From the human T2T-CHM13v2.0 reference genome, Homo sapiens, in NCBI RefSeq assembly GCF_009914755.1, contig NC_060932.1: DNA of 64,000 bases; one strand, 5' to 3'. Both the position numbers and the translations under genes were made by a program. Below, one piece after another: positions 1-14,778 of this stretch (positions are counted from its first letter, which is position 1; every line of letters starts with the position of its first letter). The notes under the pieces were generated by a model, which was not told the DNA's origin, did not search any database, and saw only the letters and a list, made by a program, of their open reading frames with translations.

Positions 1-3000
1 AAAAGAATCTGAACAGCAGCCTGTGAGTCCTAGACCTTCCCTCTGACACAGTCTACCCAAATGAGAAGGAACCAGAAAAACAATTCTGGTAAGAAGACAA
101 AACAAGGTTCTTTAATACCCCAAAAGATCACACTAGCTCACCAGCAATGAATCCAAACCAAGACAAAATTGTTATATTGCCCCAAAACAAATTCAGAAGG
201 TGGATTATTAAGCTAATCAAGGAGGCACCAGAGAAAGGTGAAGCCCAGCTTAAAGAAATGTTTTTAAAAAATGATACAGGATAAGAGTGAAAAAATCTCC
301 AGTGAAATAGACAGCACAAATAAAAAACAATCACAACTTCTGGAAATCAAGGACACACCTAGAGAAATACAAAATGCACTGGAAAGTCTCAGCAATAGAA
401 TCAAACAAGCAGAAGAAAGAAATTCAGAGCTTGAAGACAAAGTTTTTGGATCAAAGCCTCCAAGAAGATTGGGATTATGTTCAACAGCCAAACCTAAGAA
501 AAATTGCTGTTCCTGAGAAAGAAGAGAACTCTAAATGTTTAGAAAACATATTTGAGGGAATAATCGAGGAAGACTTCCCCAGCCTCGTTAGAGATCTAGG
601 CATTCAAATACAAGAAGCTCAGAGAACACCTGGGAAATTCTTTGCAAAAAGACAATCACCTAGGCACAGAGTCATCAGGTTATCTAAAGCCAAGACAAAG
701 GAAAGAATCTTAAGAGCTGTGAGGCAAAAGCATCAGATGAAATATAAAGGAAAACCTATCAGATTAACAGCATATTTTTCAACAGAAACACTATAAGCTA
801 GAAGAGATTGGAGTCCTATCTTTAGGCTCCTTAAATAAAATGATTATCAGCCAAGAATTTTGTATCCAGTGAAACTAAGCTTCTTAAAAGAAGGAAAGAT
901 GCAATCTTTCTTAGGCAATCAAATGCTGAGAAAATTCACCACTACCTAGCCAGCACTACAAGAACTGCTAAAAGGAGCTCTAAATCTTGAAACAAATTCT
1001 AGAAATACACCAAAATAGAATGTTCTTAAAGCATAAATCTCACAGGAACTATATAACAATAACACAATGAAAAAAACCCAAGGTATTCAGGCAACAAATA
1101 GCATGATGAATAGAACAGTGCCTCTTATCTCAATACTAACATTGAATGTAAATGGCCTAAATGTTCCATTTAAAAGATATACAGTATGGCAGAATGAATA
1201 AGAATTCACCAACCAAGCATTTGCTTTCTTCAAGACTCACCTGACACATAAGGAGTCACATAAACTTAAGGTAAAGGGGTGATAAAAGATATTCCATGCA
1301 AATGGACACCAAAAGTGAGAAGAAGTAGCTATTCTTATATCAGACAAAACAAACTTTAAAACAATAGCAGTTAAAAAAACAAAGAGATACATTATAGAAT
1401 GATAAAAGGACTAGTCCGAAAGGAAAATATCACAATCCTAAATACATATGCACCTAACACTGGAGCTCCTAAATTTATAAAACAATTACTACTAGACCTA
1501 AGAAATGAGATAGATGGCAGCACAATAATAGTGGGAATTTCAATATTCCACTGACAGCACTAGACAGGTGGTCAAGACAGAAAGTCAACAAAGAAACAAG
1601 GAACTTAAACTCTACTCTAGAACAAATGGACTTAACAGATATATACAGAATATTCTACCCAACAACTACAGAATATACATTCTATTCATCAGCACATGGA
1701 ACATTCTCCAAGATAGACCATATGATAGGCCACAAAACAAGTCTCAATAAATTTAAGAAAATCAAAATTATAGCAAGTACTCTCTCAGACCACAGTGGAA
1801 TAAAATTGGAAACAACTCAAAAAGGAACCCTCAAAACCATGCAAATACACGAAAATTAAATAACCTGCACCTGAATGATCATTGGGTCAAAACCGAAATC
1901 AAGACTGAAATTTAAAAATTCTTTTAAGTAAGTGATAATAGTGACACAACCTATCAAAACCCCTGGGGTACAGCAAAAGTGGTGCTAGGAGGAAAGTTCA
2001 TAGCATTAAATGCCCACATCAAAAAGTCTAAAAGAGCACAAAATAGACAATCTAAGGTCACTTCTCAAGGAACTAGAGAAACAAGAACAAACCAAACCCA
2101 AACCAGCAGAAGAAAGGAAATAACAAAGATCAGAGCAGAGCTAAATGAAATTGAAACAAACAAAAAATACAAAAAGTAAATGAAACAAACAGCTGGTTAT
2201 TTGAAAAGATAAATTAAATTGATAAACCAATGGCAAGATTAACTAAGAAAAGAAGAGAGAAGGTCCAAATAAGCTCACTTAGAAATGAAATGGGAGATAT
2301 TACAACTGATACAACAGAAATACAAAAGATCATTCAAGGCTGCTATGAACACTTTAATGTGCATAAACTAGAAAACCTAGAAGAGATGGATAAATTCCTG
2401 GAAATATACAACCCTCCTAGATTAAAGTGGGAAGATACTGAAACTCTGAATGAACAATAACAAGCAGTGAGATTGAAATGGTAATTTAAAAATTGCCAAT
2501 AACAATAACAAAAAGTCCGGGACCAGAAGAATTCACAGCTGAATTCTGTCAGATATTCAAAGAAGAATTGGCACCAATCCTATTGACACTATTCCAAAAG
2601 ATAGGGAAAGAGGGAATCCTCCCTAAATCATTCTATGAAGCCAGTATCACCCTAATACCAAAACTTGGAAAGGACATAACAAAAATAGAAAACTACAGAC
2701 CAATGTCTCTGATGAACATAGATGCAAAAATCCTCAACAAAATACTAGCTAACTGAATCCAACAGCATATCAAAAAGATAATCCTTTGTGATCAAGTGAG
2801 TTTCATGCCATGGATGCAGGGATGGTTTAACATGCACAAGTTAATAAATGTAACCATGTAAACAGAATTAAAAACAAAAATCACATGATCATCTCAATAG
2901 ATGCAGAAAAAGCATTTGACAAAATCCAGCATCCCTTTATGATTAAAACCAATAGCAAAATTGGCATAGAAGAGACATAACTTAATGTAATAAAAGCCAT

Positions 3001-4677
3001 CTATGACAAACCCACAGCCAACCATATACTGAATGGGGAAAAGTTGAAAGCATTCCCCCTGAGAACTGGAGCAAGACAAGGATGCCCACTTTTACCCCTT
3101 CTATTCAACATAGTACTAGAAATCTTAGCCAGAGCAATCAGACAAAAGAAAGAAAGAAATGACATCTAAATCAGTAAACAGGAAGTCAAACTGTCGTTAC
3201 CTGTTGATAACATGATCGTATACCTCGAAAACGCTAAAGACTCATCCAAAAATTTCCTAAAACTGGTAAATGAATTCAGCAAAGTTTCAGGATACAAAAT
3301 TCAATGTACACAAATCAGTAGCCAAACAACATCAACAAATGCATCAACAGCGACCACGCTAAGAATAAAATCAAGAACTCAATCCCTTTTACAATAGCTG
3401 CAAACAAAACAAAACAAAACAAAAAAAAAACAAAAAGCAAAAAACACTTAGGAATATAGCCAACCAAGGAGGTGAAACACCTCTATGAGGAAAACAACAA
3501 AACACTGCTGAAAGAAATAATAGATCACACAAACAGATGGAAACATATCCTATGCTCATGGATGGGTAGAATCAATATTGTGAAAATGACCATACTGCCA
3601 AAACAATCTACAAATTCAATGCAATTCACTTCAAAATAACATAATAATTCTTTACAGAACTAGAAAAAACAATCCTAAAATTCATATGGAACCAAAAAAA
3701 AAAAAAAAAAAGTCTGCATAGCCAAAGCAAGACTAAGCCAAAAGAACAAATCTGGAGACATTACATTACCCAACTTCAAACTATACTATAATATAAGGCC
3801 ACAGTCACCAAAACGTCATGGTATTGGTATAAAAATAGGCACATAGACCAATGGAACAGAATAGAGAACCCAGAAATAAAGCCGAATACTTACAGTCAAC
3901 TGATCTTCGACAAAGCAAATAAAAACAAAAAGTGGGGAAAGGACACCCTATTCCACAAGTGGTGCTGGGATAATTGGCTAACCACATGCAGAAGAATGAA
4001 ACTGGGTCCTCTTCTCTCACCCTATATAAAAATCAACTCAAGATGGATCAAAGACTTTAATCTAAGACCTGAAACCATAAAAATTCTAGAAGACAACATT
4101 GGAAAAACCCTTCTAGACACTGGCCTAGGCAAAGACTTCATGACCAAGAACCCAAAGCAAATGCAACAAAAACAAAGATAAATAGATAGGACTTAATTAA
4201 ACCAAAAATTCCATCAAAATGTGGGCTAAGGACATACATAGACAATTTTCAAAAGAAGATATACAAATGGCCAAGAAACATATGAAAACATACTAAACAT
4301 CATTAATGATCAGGGAAATGCAAATCAAAACTGCAGCGCCATACCACTTCACTCCTGCAAAAATGGCCATAATCAAAAATTAAAAAAAAATAGTAGATGT
4401 TGGCATGGATGCAGTGAAAAGGAAACACTTCTACACTGCTGGTGGGAATGTAAACTAGTACAACCACTAAGAAAAACAGCATGGAGATTCCTTAAAGAAC
4501 TAAAAGCAGAATTACCATTTGATCCAGCAATCCCACTCCTGGGTATCTGCCCAGAGGAAAATAAGTCATTATACAAAAGATACTTGCACACACATGTTTA
4601 TAGCAGCTAAATTTGCAATTGCAAAAATATGGAACCATTCCAAATGCCATCAATCAAAGAGTGGATAAAGAAAATGT

Positions 4678-4719
<42 letters not shown>

Positions 4720-5097
4720 CACACACACATCCAATGGAATATTGCTCAGCTGTAAAAAGGAACTAATGGCATTTGCAGAAATCTGGATGGAATTGGAGAC
4801 CATTATTATAAGTGAGGTAACTGAGAAATGGAAAACCAAACATCATATGTTTCCACTCAGAAGTGGGAGCTAAGGATAAGGACACAAAGGCACAAGAAGG
4901 ATACAATAGACTTTGGGGACTCAGGGGAAAGGGCGGGAATGAGGTGAGGTTTAAAAGACTACAAATTGGGTACAGTGTACACTGCTCTGGTGATGGGTGC
5001 ACCAAAATCTCGAAAATCACCGCTAAAGAATTTATTCATGTAACCAAACACCACTTGTTCCCCAAAAACCTATTGAAATAATTAAAAAACAATAAAA
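1..5097 (+). mobile_element. LINE-1, L1PB-type, 5'UTR running off the window; ORF1 (~61-1018) and ORF2 (~1103-4680) disrupted
   Basis: ORF fragments match L1 ORF1p (374..796) and ORF2p EN/RT ([22 protein letters not shown]). 3' end GGGTACAGTGTACACTGCTC...CCCCAAAAACCTATTGAAATA is L1PB-like. Many stops and frameshifts. Confidence 0.95.
4681..4729. repeat. (CA)n/(TA)n microsatellite inside the L1PB 3' region
   Basis: ACACAC...ATATATATAC...ACAC seen directly. Confidence 0.95.
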
Positions 5098-6460
5098 TTA
5101 CAGACCAATAAACTTTATGAATAGAAAAAAATACAAAATTATGCTTAAATATATACAGAATAATACTGTTTTCACAGATGAGATAACTTAATACTCATAT
5201 TAATTTAATAATAGCTATGATTTTAATAAAACACCAAGAAGACTATCAATCTATCTTTCTCTCTCTTCCTCCTTTCTTCTGATTTCTCCCTCCCTCCCTT
5301 CCTTCTTTCTCTTTTACTTTCTTTTCTCTTTGTAGAACTTGGCCAGTTGATTCTAGAATTTATGCAAAGTAATCAAAGACCAAAGAATAGCTAAGACAAT
5401 ATTGGAGAATACCTGAGAACAACCCTCCTAGATAGCAATATGCATTTTAAAGTTTAGTAGTTAAGGCCCATGGTATAGACTCAGGTTTAACCAAAAAGAA
5501 TGAGGCAAAATAAAGGGCTGAACATAAACCCAGGAGTGTAACAGAAGTGGCAACACAAATCAGTGGTTGTGGATGAATTTTCAACAAGTGGGACTTGATT
5601 ATCAACACTTAGAAGAAGATAAAATCTGATCACTACCTAACACCTGTCAAATTCAACAAGTGGATGTCCATTAGCCTATGGTTGTCACCTTATTCGTACT
5701 ATGAGTTTCTCTATAACAAACTTAGTGCCTAAATATATATGTTATAATCTAACTTACCACTTAAAAAAGTAAAAGCCTAATTTAAGAAAATACTTTTTGT
5801 AACAAATAGCTGGGTTTCTGCTAATCACAGACAGCCAAGCTTCAGCCAATCACAGGCAGCAAAGTCATCACACTGTGCCCAAATAACGTAAATGCCTAAC
5901 TGTGGCCAATCAGGTGATTTATCTGTTTTGTATCTGAGCTTAACCTATAAAAGCTCACCACTCACACCACTGGGAAGAATTATCTAACTTCTTCTGGTTC
6001 TGGGTGCTGTTCAACTCATGAATCATTCTTTTCTCAAATAAACTATGTTAAATTTCATTTCTCTAAAGCTTTTCTTTTAACAAACTATATACCAAAATCA
6101 CACTTCTGTGAAATACTAAAATGTGAAAAATAAAAATTTAGAAGTATTAGAAGAAAATATAATAGAATATTTATATTTATTATAAGGAAAGATAGCTTAA
6201 TCAAGACACAAAGATTTTAATGAATAGACATATTAAAATAAAAAAACTTCTGTATAATAAAATAGAACATACTAGAAATGAAAACATAAATCTCTGAAAA
6301 AGATACCTGCAATTTATGTAGATGAAATATTACTATGCAAGTTAAACTTACACAATTCATACAGCAAATAAGATATTAGTATCCTCATAAGAAAAAGTGA
6401 AAACCCTGATAGGCAAATGGTTAATGGATATGACCAGGTAATTCACAGAAGAGGAAAACC
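5098..6460 (+). mobile_element. Old L1M ORF2 3' fragments, split by an LTR at 5645-6082
   Basis: Degenerate L1 motifs such as TTGATTCTAGAATTTATG...GAATAGCTAAGACAAT. CTACCTAACACC and ATATACCAAAATCA flank the LTR and rejoin an L1 motif. Confidence 0.6.
5645..6082 (+). mobile_element. ERV1-class solo LTR (MER57/LTR54-like)
   Basis: TG...CA termini, CCAAT at 5846 and 5906, TATAAAA at 5946, AATAAA at 6037, 3' end TCTAAAGCTTTTCTTTTAACA typical of this group. Confidence 0.8.
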
Positions 6461-7684
6461 AAGTGCAAGCACTGAGGAGGATTTTTCAGTCTTGATACTG
6501 GACTGATAGAACAGGTAGGACCCTAGGACAAATAAGAAAGGAAAATGAGGGTGATGGAAGACAAATATTGAAGTAACTGACATTATGACATAGGTTAGTT
6601 AGGGAATGAAATGAAACCAGCAGAACTGATTAAAGGCTAATTGAAAAAAAATAAGGAGATAAATATTGTCAATGAGCAGGTGTAGAGGAGGTGAGGAAAT
6701 GAGCAGCCAGCTCTGTTTGGCCCATAATGAGAGAATGAATTCTTACTACTTAAGATTTCAGAGGTTTGAGATCCCTTATGATGACCAAGCCCAGAGTTTG
6801 CCCATGAAGGCAGTAAGTGAAGATGAGTGAAGGTCATTGGGCAAGAGGAGATCAAGAGGTGGATGGGTCCATAGAACACTGGAATTGCTGGAATGAGAGA
6901 CAGTTTTGGCATAAAGACTGTAGTGCTTAAAAATTCACCATTTTATTTAACCCCAGTTTAATTTCCACTATAAACTAGTAACAGAAAAATAAGAATGTAA
7001 AATCTTTGTCTTTGACAGATCAAAATTATCCTGTGTATTGACCACTAAGTTAATCTAATCAGAAAACTGTGTTATTCTACTTCCCTTGAGAATACAAAAA
7101 ATAATGTAAAAATATCAGTCTCTTTATTTGGAGGAGATAGAATATTGGTAGTAATCCAGCAACTCTCACCCTAAGATTAGTGGATCTTCATACATTTTCT
7201 CTTTATTCTCTATAAAGTGCTTGATTACTAATTGATCATCCACCATTTCTTAGTTCTGCACTTCTGAAGAAAAATACCTCCAGGAAAAACATTACTTTTC
7301 TTCCTTCCTCATATATCCTGCTCATGATAAGATTAAGTGGTTACCCAAGTTTTGGTTTCCTTCGGTACACTTTGCATGCTGTTCTCAACTCCCGAGACTT
7401 AAAAATCAATTCTAAATCATTCTCTGTGGCCCTATGAGCTCATGCTGGCTGCATGCTGAGTATTTAGAGTCTGTAATAATTGATGGGGCTTCTAGTTTTC
7501 CTTTAAGATACACTACCTGTCTTCCTCCACAAGCTCTCATGTGTCATCTTACTTAGTTATGCATGTCCCAACAGCTGACAAGCAATGATATGCTTAGTGG
7601 AACTTTAAACAGAGCATGGATGCTTTTGAAAACACTGTATATCGTTGACAGCAGCTCTGCTTAAAATTCCTCAGTACCTCTTAC

Positions 7685-7812
7685 AGCAGTGGAGTTCAGA
7701 GTACCTGGCTGAGACTCGGGGTACCTGAATTCCCATCCTGGCTGGCCATTCACTAGCTCTGCATCCAGGGGCAACTCAGACTCCCAGCCCTTTAGTTTCT
7801 CCATCTATTAAA
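7685..7812 (+). mobile_element. MIR fragment
   Basis: ACCTGAATTCCCATCCTGGCT...CACTAGCTCTG...AGTTTCTCCATCTATTAAA resembles the MIR core. Confidence 0.55.
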
Positions 7813-8016
7813 GTTTCCTAAAACCTTCAAAAATAAGAGAGTTATTTGAATTGTGTCAGTGTTGTATTTTTAAGACGTTAAAGGAAATCAATACAAGTCA
7901 AATGCATGCAAAAATATTCACAAGCTGCCAAAAAGGGGAGTAAAAGTCACATTTTAAATCAATTGGTGCACTAAACGTTACATTGTTCATTCAGCATTCC
8001 CAGGGTGCTTGTTTTA

Positions 8017-8502
<486 letters not shown>

Positions 8503-8628
8503 TTAACTTCTTGTATTATTCCCGATTAATTCTGTATTGATCTTCAGTAATAAGCAGAATTTAATTCTCTCTCTAAAATAGTGAAGTAAAAACAACATAT
8601 TAAGATAGAACTGCATTCAGGTCTATGA

Positions 8629-8983
<355 letters not shown>

Positions 8984-10667
8984 TAAATCTTTGTCTTCCT
9001 TAAAGAAAATGATTAAAGTCTAGGCTTACTAGTAGGTTTTCATTTAGTATTATTTAGGCTTGTTACAATTAACTTCCGTTTCTCAAAGCAAGTGTTTGCG
9101 TGGGGGTGGGGGAATAGTAATTTCCAAAGAATTATATTGATTTCAAGGATCTTATAAGTTAGGAGGTTTGGGGTTACAGTCTTATCATTCTCAATAGACT
9201 TCCTTATCAGAAGGCATCAGTGTTCACTGAAGAAAGAGAAGTGAACATTCAAAGTGTTCACTTCTGAGTGACAAACCAGGAAGGGAGAAATATGGTGAAA
9301 ATGGCTGCAATTTTCAAACTGCTTGTTATACTTTCCAGAATTTCAGACTGGAGTCTGCCTACACTTTAAATCATGAGATATAAAAGAATGAAGCCCCGTA
9401 GAAAATATTATTTCCATGTATTAGTTTCTATTTCAATTTAAAAGTAGCTCAGCTTGTTCAGATTGGAGTCCAAATATAAACGGGTGTGTAATCTCAACAC
9501 ATGCTGCCACTCGAAAACATTTACTTTGTACAACATCAAGATGAACACTCTGCCTCATCCTGACTGAATATTATAAAATATAAATCAAAATACTGTTTGA
9601 ACCTACTTCAGCAGTATTTAGAAAGAAATTCTAATTTATTTATCATCAAAATCCAATAGTGATTGGAACACTATGAGCAAGAAACATACTTGGTATCGCC
9701 CATACGTCTTAATACTACTTGGCACTCAAGAAATTTTTGTATAAATGAATCTTCATTCATGGTTTTACGATGCATGTTAATACACACCCAAAGGCAAGGA
9801 ATACAGGGATTATAGAATCTCATATTTCCTGAGAATTACCTTTCAATTTTCACCTATAAAAGCCAAATAAAACATTAGCTCGGAGGTTTTGTGGATGCGA
9901 CATGTGAAATTCTCCCCTCCTCTGCTGTAACTCTGTATCTTCCATGGCATTCGTCTGCTTTAATTCTGGTCTGCACATTAGATATCAATGTAAGAAGGTG
10001 TTACACAAAGGATTGATTCAACAGTAAAAAGAACTTTGAGACATGATTATATTAATGCACAGGCCCAGGAACGTGACACAGAAAAGCCTTTGGGTAGAGA
10101 TCAGCAAGTGATGTTTCCACTGTCATCCAAGTGGTCTTTTCTAATTGTTCATTCATATTACAGGACATTAGCCAGTTTCTGTCTCTTGGGAGTGTGCTTT
10201 CTTGCCAATTAAACAATAAACCCTAAGCCTGTTTGTATACATTGGTCACCCTGGGTAGGGTGATATCCCACATGAATAAAATGTATCACTATTTATCCAG
10301 GCTGAAATATCGAGATGATCATGCTGCTCCATTTTCAGAATCTAGCTTTCTATTTCAGGTACTCCATGTGGCTCTTGACTTTAATAATATAGTCATGCTC
10401 TGAGGGTTCACAAACAGTAAGGTGGATCATAAACATTTTTTCAAAGAATGTGATTAATTTTGAAAAGTGTGCATTTATTTTTGCCAGCAATTTTTTTCTG
10501 ACTCATCTAGTTCTTGGCATTCACCTCTAGGATTTCGGCAGACAATGTCGTTTATTATCCAGAGAAAGAGACATTTCTTTTTTCTGACTGTGTGTATTTT
10601 GAACATCATACTTAATTATTTACCATCTAATGTAAAGAATCACTCTCCCTGTTAGGATTTCCATGAT

Positions 10668-10672
10668 ATGGG
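10668..10672 (+). other. Optional upstream coding exon end (ATG GG) of the candidate orphan gene
   Basis: GATATGG (good Kozak context) followed by donor GGG|GTAAGC at 10673; phase matches the 13594 exon. Confidence 0.15.
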
Positions 10673-10899
10673 GTAAGCGATAGTAGCCATTGACCATCAT
10701 TCAACTTTATGGTAACCACATCAAATTTTTAGTAAGGCTGCATAAAATCTGCTTCTTACATGTTTTTATTTTCATATATTGTGTTTCTTTTGTATGGCTC
10801 CTTTCAAATGTGTCATGGTGCACATATTTGTGATATAATACCATTCTATATTAAAAATGGAAGGCTTTGAAGTCATGCTTTTACTTTTTAATTTTCTTA

Positions 10900-11400
10900 T
10901 TTTAAGTTGGTAAATGCAGCCGTATATCCAATGCAACTGTTCAGAATAGACTGTGGCTTATCCAGAAAGGAGAGTGATTATTCTCTCACAAAGTGTAGGC
11001 CTCAGGTAGGGTGGCCCAAGCCTCCATGAAGCCATTGGATCCCCAACTTCTCTCTAGTTATTGGTTCTACCACCTTTAGGGTGAGAACCACAATCCTGCA
11101 CTCTGAAGAAAGATGCCATTTCTCTGCCATCATCAGTTTCAAGCAGAAAGAAGGCAAAGAAAGGGAAAAGAGGAGAAAGTGTCTATGCCAGCTAGTCTGC
11201 TCTCATTCAGAAGCCTCCCCAGTAGCCCTGCTCCTCCAGTTGTTTGTGTTTATATCTCTTCAGCCAGGACTGCTCCCACAAAAATCCTCAACTTGCAAAG
11301 GAGGCCAGGGAATGTAAATATTTTCCTGCACATATTACCACCCCAAGCAAACTCAGGTGATATAGGAAAATAAAAGTAAGTAGGCAACAAGCAGTCAACT
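10900..11400 (-). mobile_element. Old MaLR LTR (MLT1K/L-like)
   Basis: TGCAAAGGAGGCCAGGGAATGTAAATATTTT...GCACATATTACC...GTAGGCAACAAGCAGTC matches the MLT1J-L terminus. Confidence 0.6.
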
Positions 11401-11748
11401 GATTTATCCAGAAACACTAAATAAAGTTAGGATGGACAATCAATAGAGTATATCAGTGGATGCATCTTCATAAATCTTTTATCTTTTGGAATAAAGAAGA
11501 TCTAAGTAAATGGAAAGTGATGACAAATATACTGCAGCTATAAAATTGTTTCATGTTGATAAGAAGTGAAGTGTTGAGTGGGAAAAGAGCCAACTGCATG
11601 CAGTCATGTGCTCTTTTCCAGACCCTTGGCATTCCAATCAGCAATGCTGAGATGAACACCTTTGTTATCTACGCGTGAGGTCAGAGTGACCATTTGAAAT
11701 GTGACACTGAATACTGAAGGTTATTTAGACCAAAATTATGGATTGTTT

Positions 11749-12289
11749 TGTAACCAGACCCCTTGAGATTTTAGTGCCCTAGCATGTATAGTGACTAAAA
11801 TCATAAAAATTCTTGATTAGGCCCTTGCTTGCTTATACATGTAAACCACTCACTTTTTGCACAGCATCCCTTGTTCCCACAATATAATTATAAACTACTG
11901 ATACATTGTTTCTTTGTCAAGCAAAATAAATAAATAAATAAATAACTTCAGGGTCACAAAAAATTTTGCAGAAGAAATAAATGTCTTTAAGGACTTGTGA
12001 CCAGCTGCTGATGCCCAGAAGTCTGGCTGCTCAAGATGTTATCTGAGACTAAAAAAACAGACTTTCCCCTCAGTTTCCAGAAACTGAAACTCCCCCTCCC
12101 TTACTCCCTAGCCACATGAAAACTCCTTACTTCATCGCTTTATTAAAATGTATCAGAGCGATCTTACTCTCACACCTTCTAGCTTTGGCCAAATCAAATA
12201 AACCTTTCTCTATCTCCAAGCACTGTGTCTCAATGTTTGGCTTCAAACACACATCGAATACACAAACCTAAATTTGGGGTTCTATGACA
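11749..12289 (+). mobile_element. ERV1-type solo LTR (~540 bp, family not resolved)
   Basis: TGTAACC...TATGACA termini, AATAAA followed by a U5-like segment, imperfect 4-bp TSD GTTT/GTGT. Confidence 0.7.
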
Positions 12290-13593
12290 GTGTTACCAAA
12301 ATCAACTGTCTGAGTTGGGGCAGAGTTTCTTTTTCATTTGTTTTTCTTCTTTTTGTAGCTTATTTAGCATGTTAATTATCATTAGAATGTTAAGGGTTTA
12401 ATTTTTTTAAGAATTGTCATAAAGTTTACAGGAAATAAACATGTTCTCCCTTATATATTTCAACCAGATGATTTGTTCCTGGTGAAACTGTCGTAAAGAA
12501 AGGCCAAACCTCTACCTTCTCTCACTGAAAGTCATATCAATCTTATTTCAATCTTAATATTTATTTGACTTAACTAGGGAAAAAAAATGGTAGTTTCTCT
12601 TATAAAACCAAATTTCCAACTACAGCGTAAATTTACCTAATTGTCTGGGACTACCAAAAGCTTTCAAGATACATAGATAAAGCCATAAAAATTTTATGTG
12701 TTTCTTTCCCACATTTGTGTGCTTATTATTTACATAAGTTTGTTTAAACCTATTGCATCAAATAGTTCATTATAAAAACTTCTATTATATATTACATCTT
12801 ATAAAATGTTGATTATTTTCTACCTCCTAATGAAAATAAATTCATGATTATTTCATACAATGAAAATGAAAAACAAATTTCTATGTTGATTTGAAAGTGT
12901 GTGAGAGAATCCTTTTTCAGAATTGTTTTAGGGAAATGGAGCAAAAGAGTGAAAGCAGCTGAACTGGATGATGCCAGAAAAGCTACTCATTCTCTCTGCC
13001 TCGGTTTCCTTATCTGTCATGCTTTGCTCATGGAGTGGAGTGAGAAGAAACTGAACTCTAGGGTGCCTGGCAGAGAGACTGGCACTGGAAAGTACCTGGC
13101 GGCCATTAGCGTCTTCATTTGTCTGAGCCTGCCCTTCCCAGCGCTCCATAAATTGCCCTGTGTTCTTGGACCCACTCACACTTTCTTCCCTACACTAATC
13201 TCTACTCCAACCCCGACCAGCTTCCAGATGCTTTGCTGATGTGCTGTGTTCACTGTTAACGCGACTCCCCATCTTGTCAACCCCCATTCCTCTCCCCTCT
13301 GTTTATCCAGAATGCATTCCTCTCTCAGGGCACCTGCAAGACCCGCTCCTGCCCAAGAGTTCCTCCCATGATCTCGTGCACAGGCCCATTTTACCCTTTG
13401 CTGAACTCTCATAACACAACATGTCTTTACTACTCGTTTTGGCACTTAAATGCTGGCAGTGAGGTTTAAAGTGCCGCAGCAAATATACAACGCAATATGA
13501 AGGGGAAAAACTCTTTATGTAACAAAATTTCCTCTGCATTGACTCCTATGAACAATATTTACACATGTGAATTATTATTATTTCAAACTTTAG

Positions 13594-13664
13594 GACTAAA
13601 CAGGCACGTGATATGATAAATGAGGAGAGTCCACGAATCCCTGTGTCATGCGGCAGTCCCTGTG
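13594..13664 (+). CDS. Candidate exon A of an orphan ORF (TKQARDMINEESPRIPVSCGSPC)
   Basis: Acceptor TTTCAAACTTTAG|, strong donor GTG|GTGAGT, ATG at 13613, CpGs retained. Confidence 0.3.
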
Positions 13665-14778
13665 GTGAGTGACCGACTCTGTTGGAATGACATGAGAATC
13701 TACAGCACAGAAAATTAAAAATTTGAAAAAGGACTCATATTTGATAGGTTTCTTTTAAAAATATTAATTTTAATCACATGTTAGGTTATTGAGAGAATTT
13801 GAAAGAGTTCACTGAACCAGATAAGAAAACACAGTGTTAGATCGCTGCCCACCGTGGTGTGATTTGCCATTTTAACCCAGACAGATAAAAAAGTAACATA
13901 ACCAAGAGATGTAGAAGGAAACCTGTGGTCGGAACATTTGGAATGACTTCTCAGACATTTGGGTTTGTAGCAAAACCAGAATTATCTAAGAAAACTTATT
14001 TTGCAACATTCTGCCAAATCCCAAATGCCAGAGAATCTTGGCAGACTCCTTGATAATTCAGTCTAGCTCTCAAAATCATTTTCCAGAGACCAAGTTTTGT
14101 GATGCTATATGCAAGAGGAGTGTTGAAAGGAAGCAAAACTGCTCAGATACCATCCTTTTTTAGAAAAATGCCAGCAACCAAATATGCTTTGAATTCCACT
14201 ATGGGAAGATTCTTGTTCATAGTGCCTTTCTATTCACTTTGGTTTTGTGTCATTTCACAGTTGCATGTTGAGGGCATGGTGCTATAATTAAAGTTTCTTT
14301 TCTATTACCTCACCTATGTTGAAGAGGGGAATTACGCTACGGAAAATACTGTTCAGTATTGCATATTGATTTGTTACATTTAAATGAATACATGTAGTAT
14401 ATCATTAACAGATCAGAGCCTTTAAGGAATATCTTGCATTTCCTTCTTTTATGACATTTTAATTTTTATTGACAGTGAAATGAAATTAATTGCTGTAGTC
14501 AATGTAATAGAAAATCTTCATGTAGCTGAATTTCATTGTTTCATAGGTAAGGGGTTAAAAATCTAAGGAATACAGAAAATTTTAATTTTTAGATTAGGAC
14601 CAAATCTAAAAATATGACTCAGTAACTTTAGAGTTAATTTGGAAATGTCATGTGAGCTTGGGGCTTGGAAAATAACTTATTTCTTAGCAATCTCACTAAA
14701 ATGGCCTATTTCTTTGACCAATAGCAGTGCTCATGTGAAATCATCCAATATACCACCTTCTTTGGGGTTATTTTCCAG

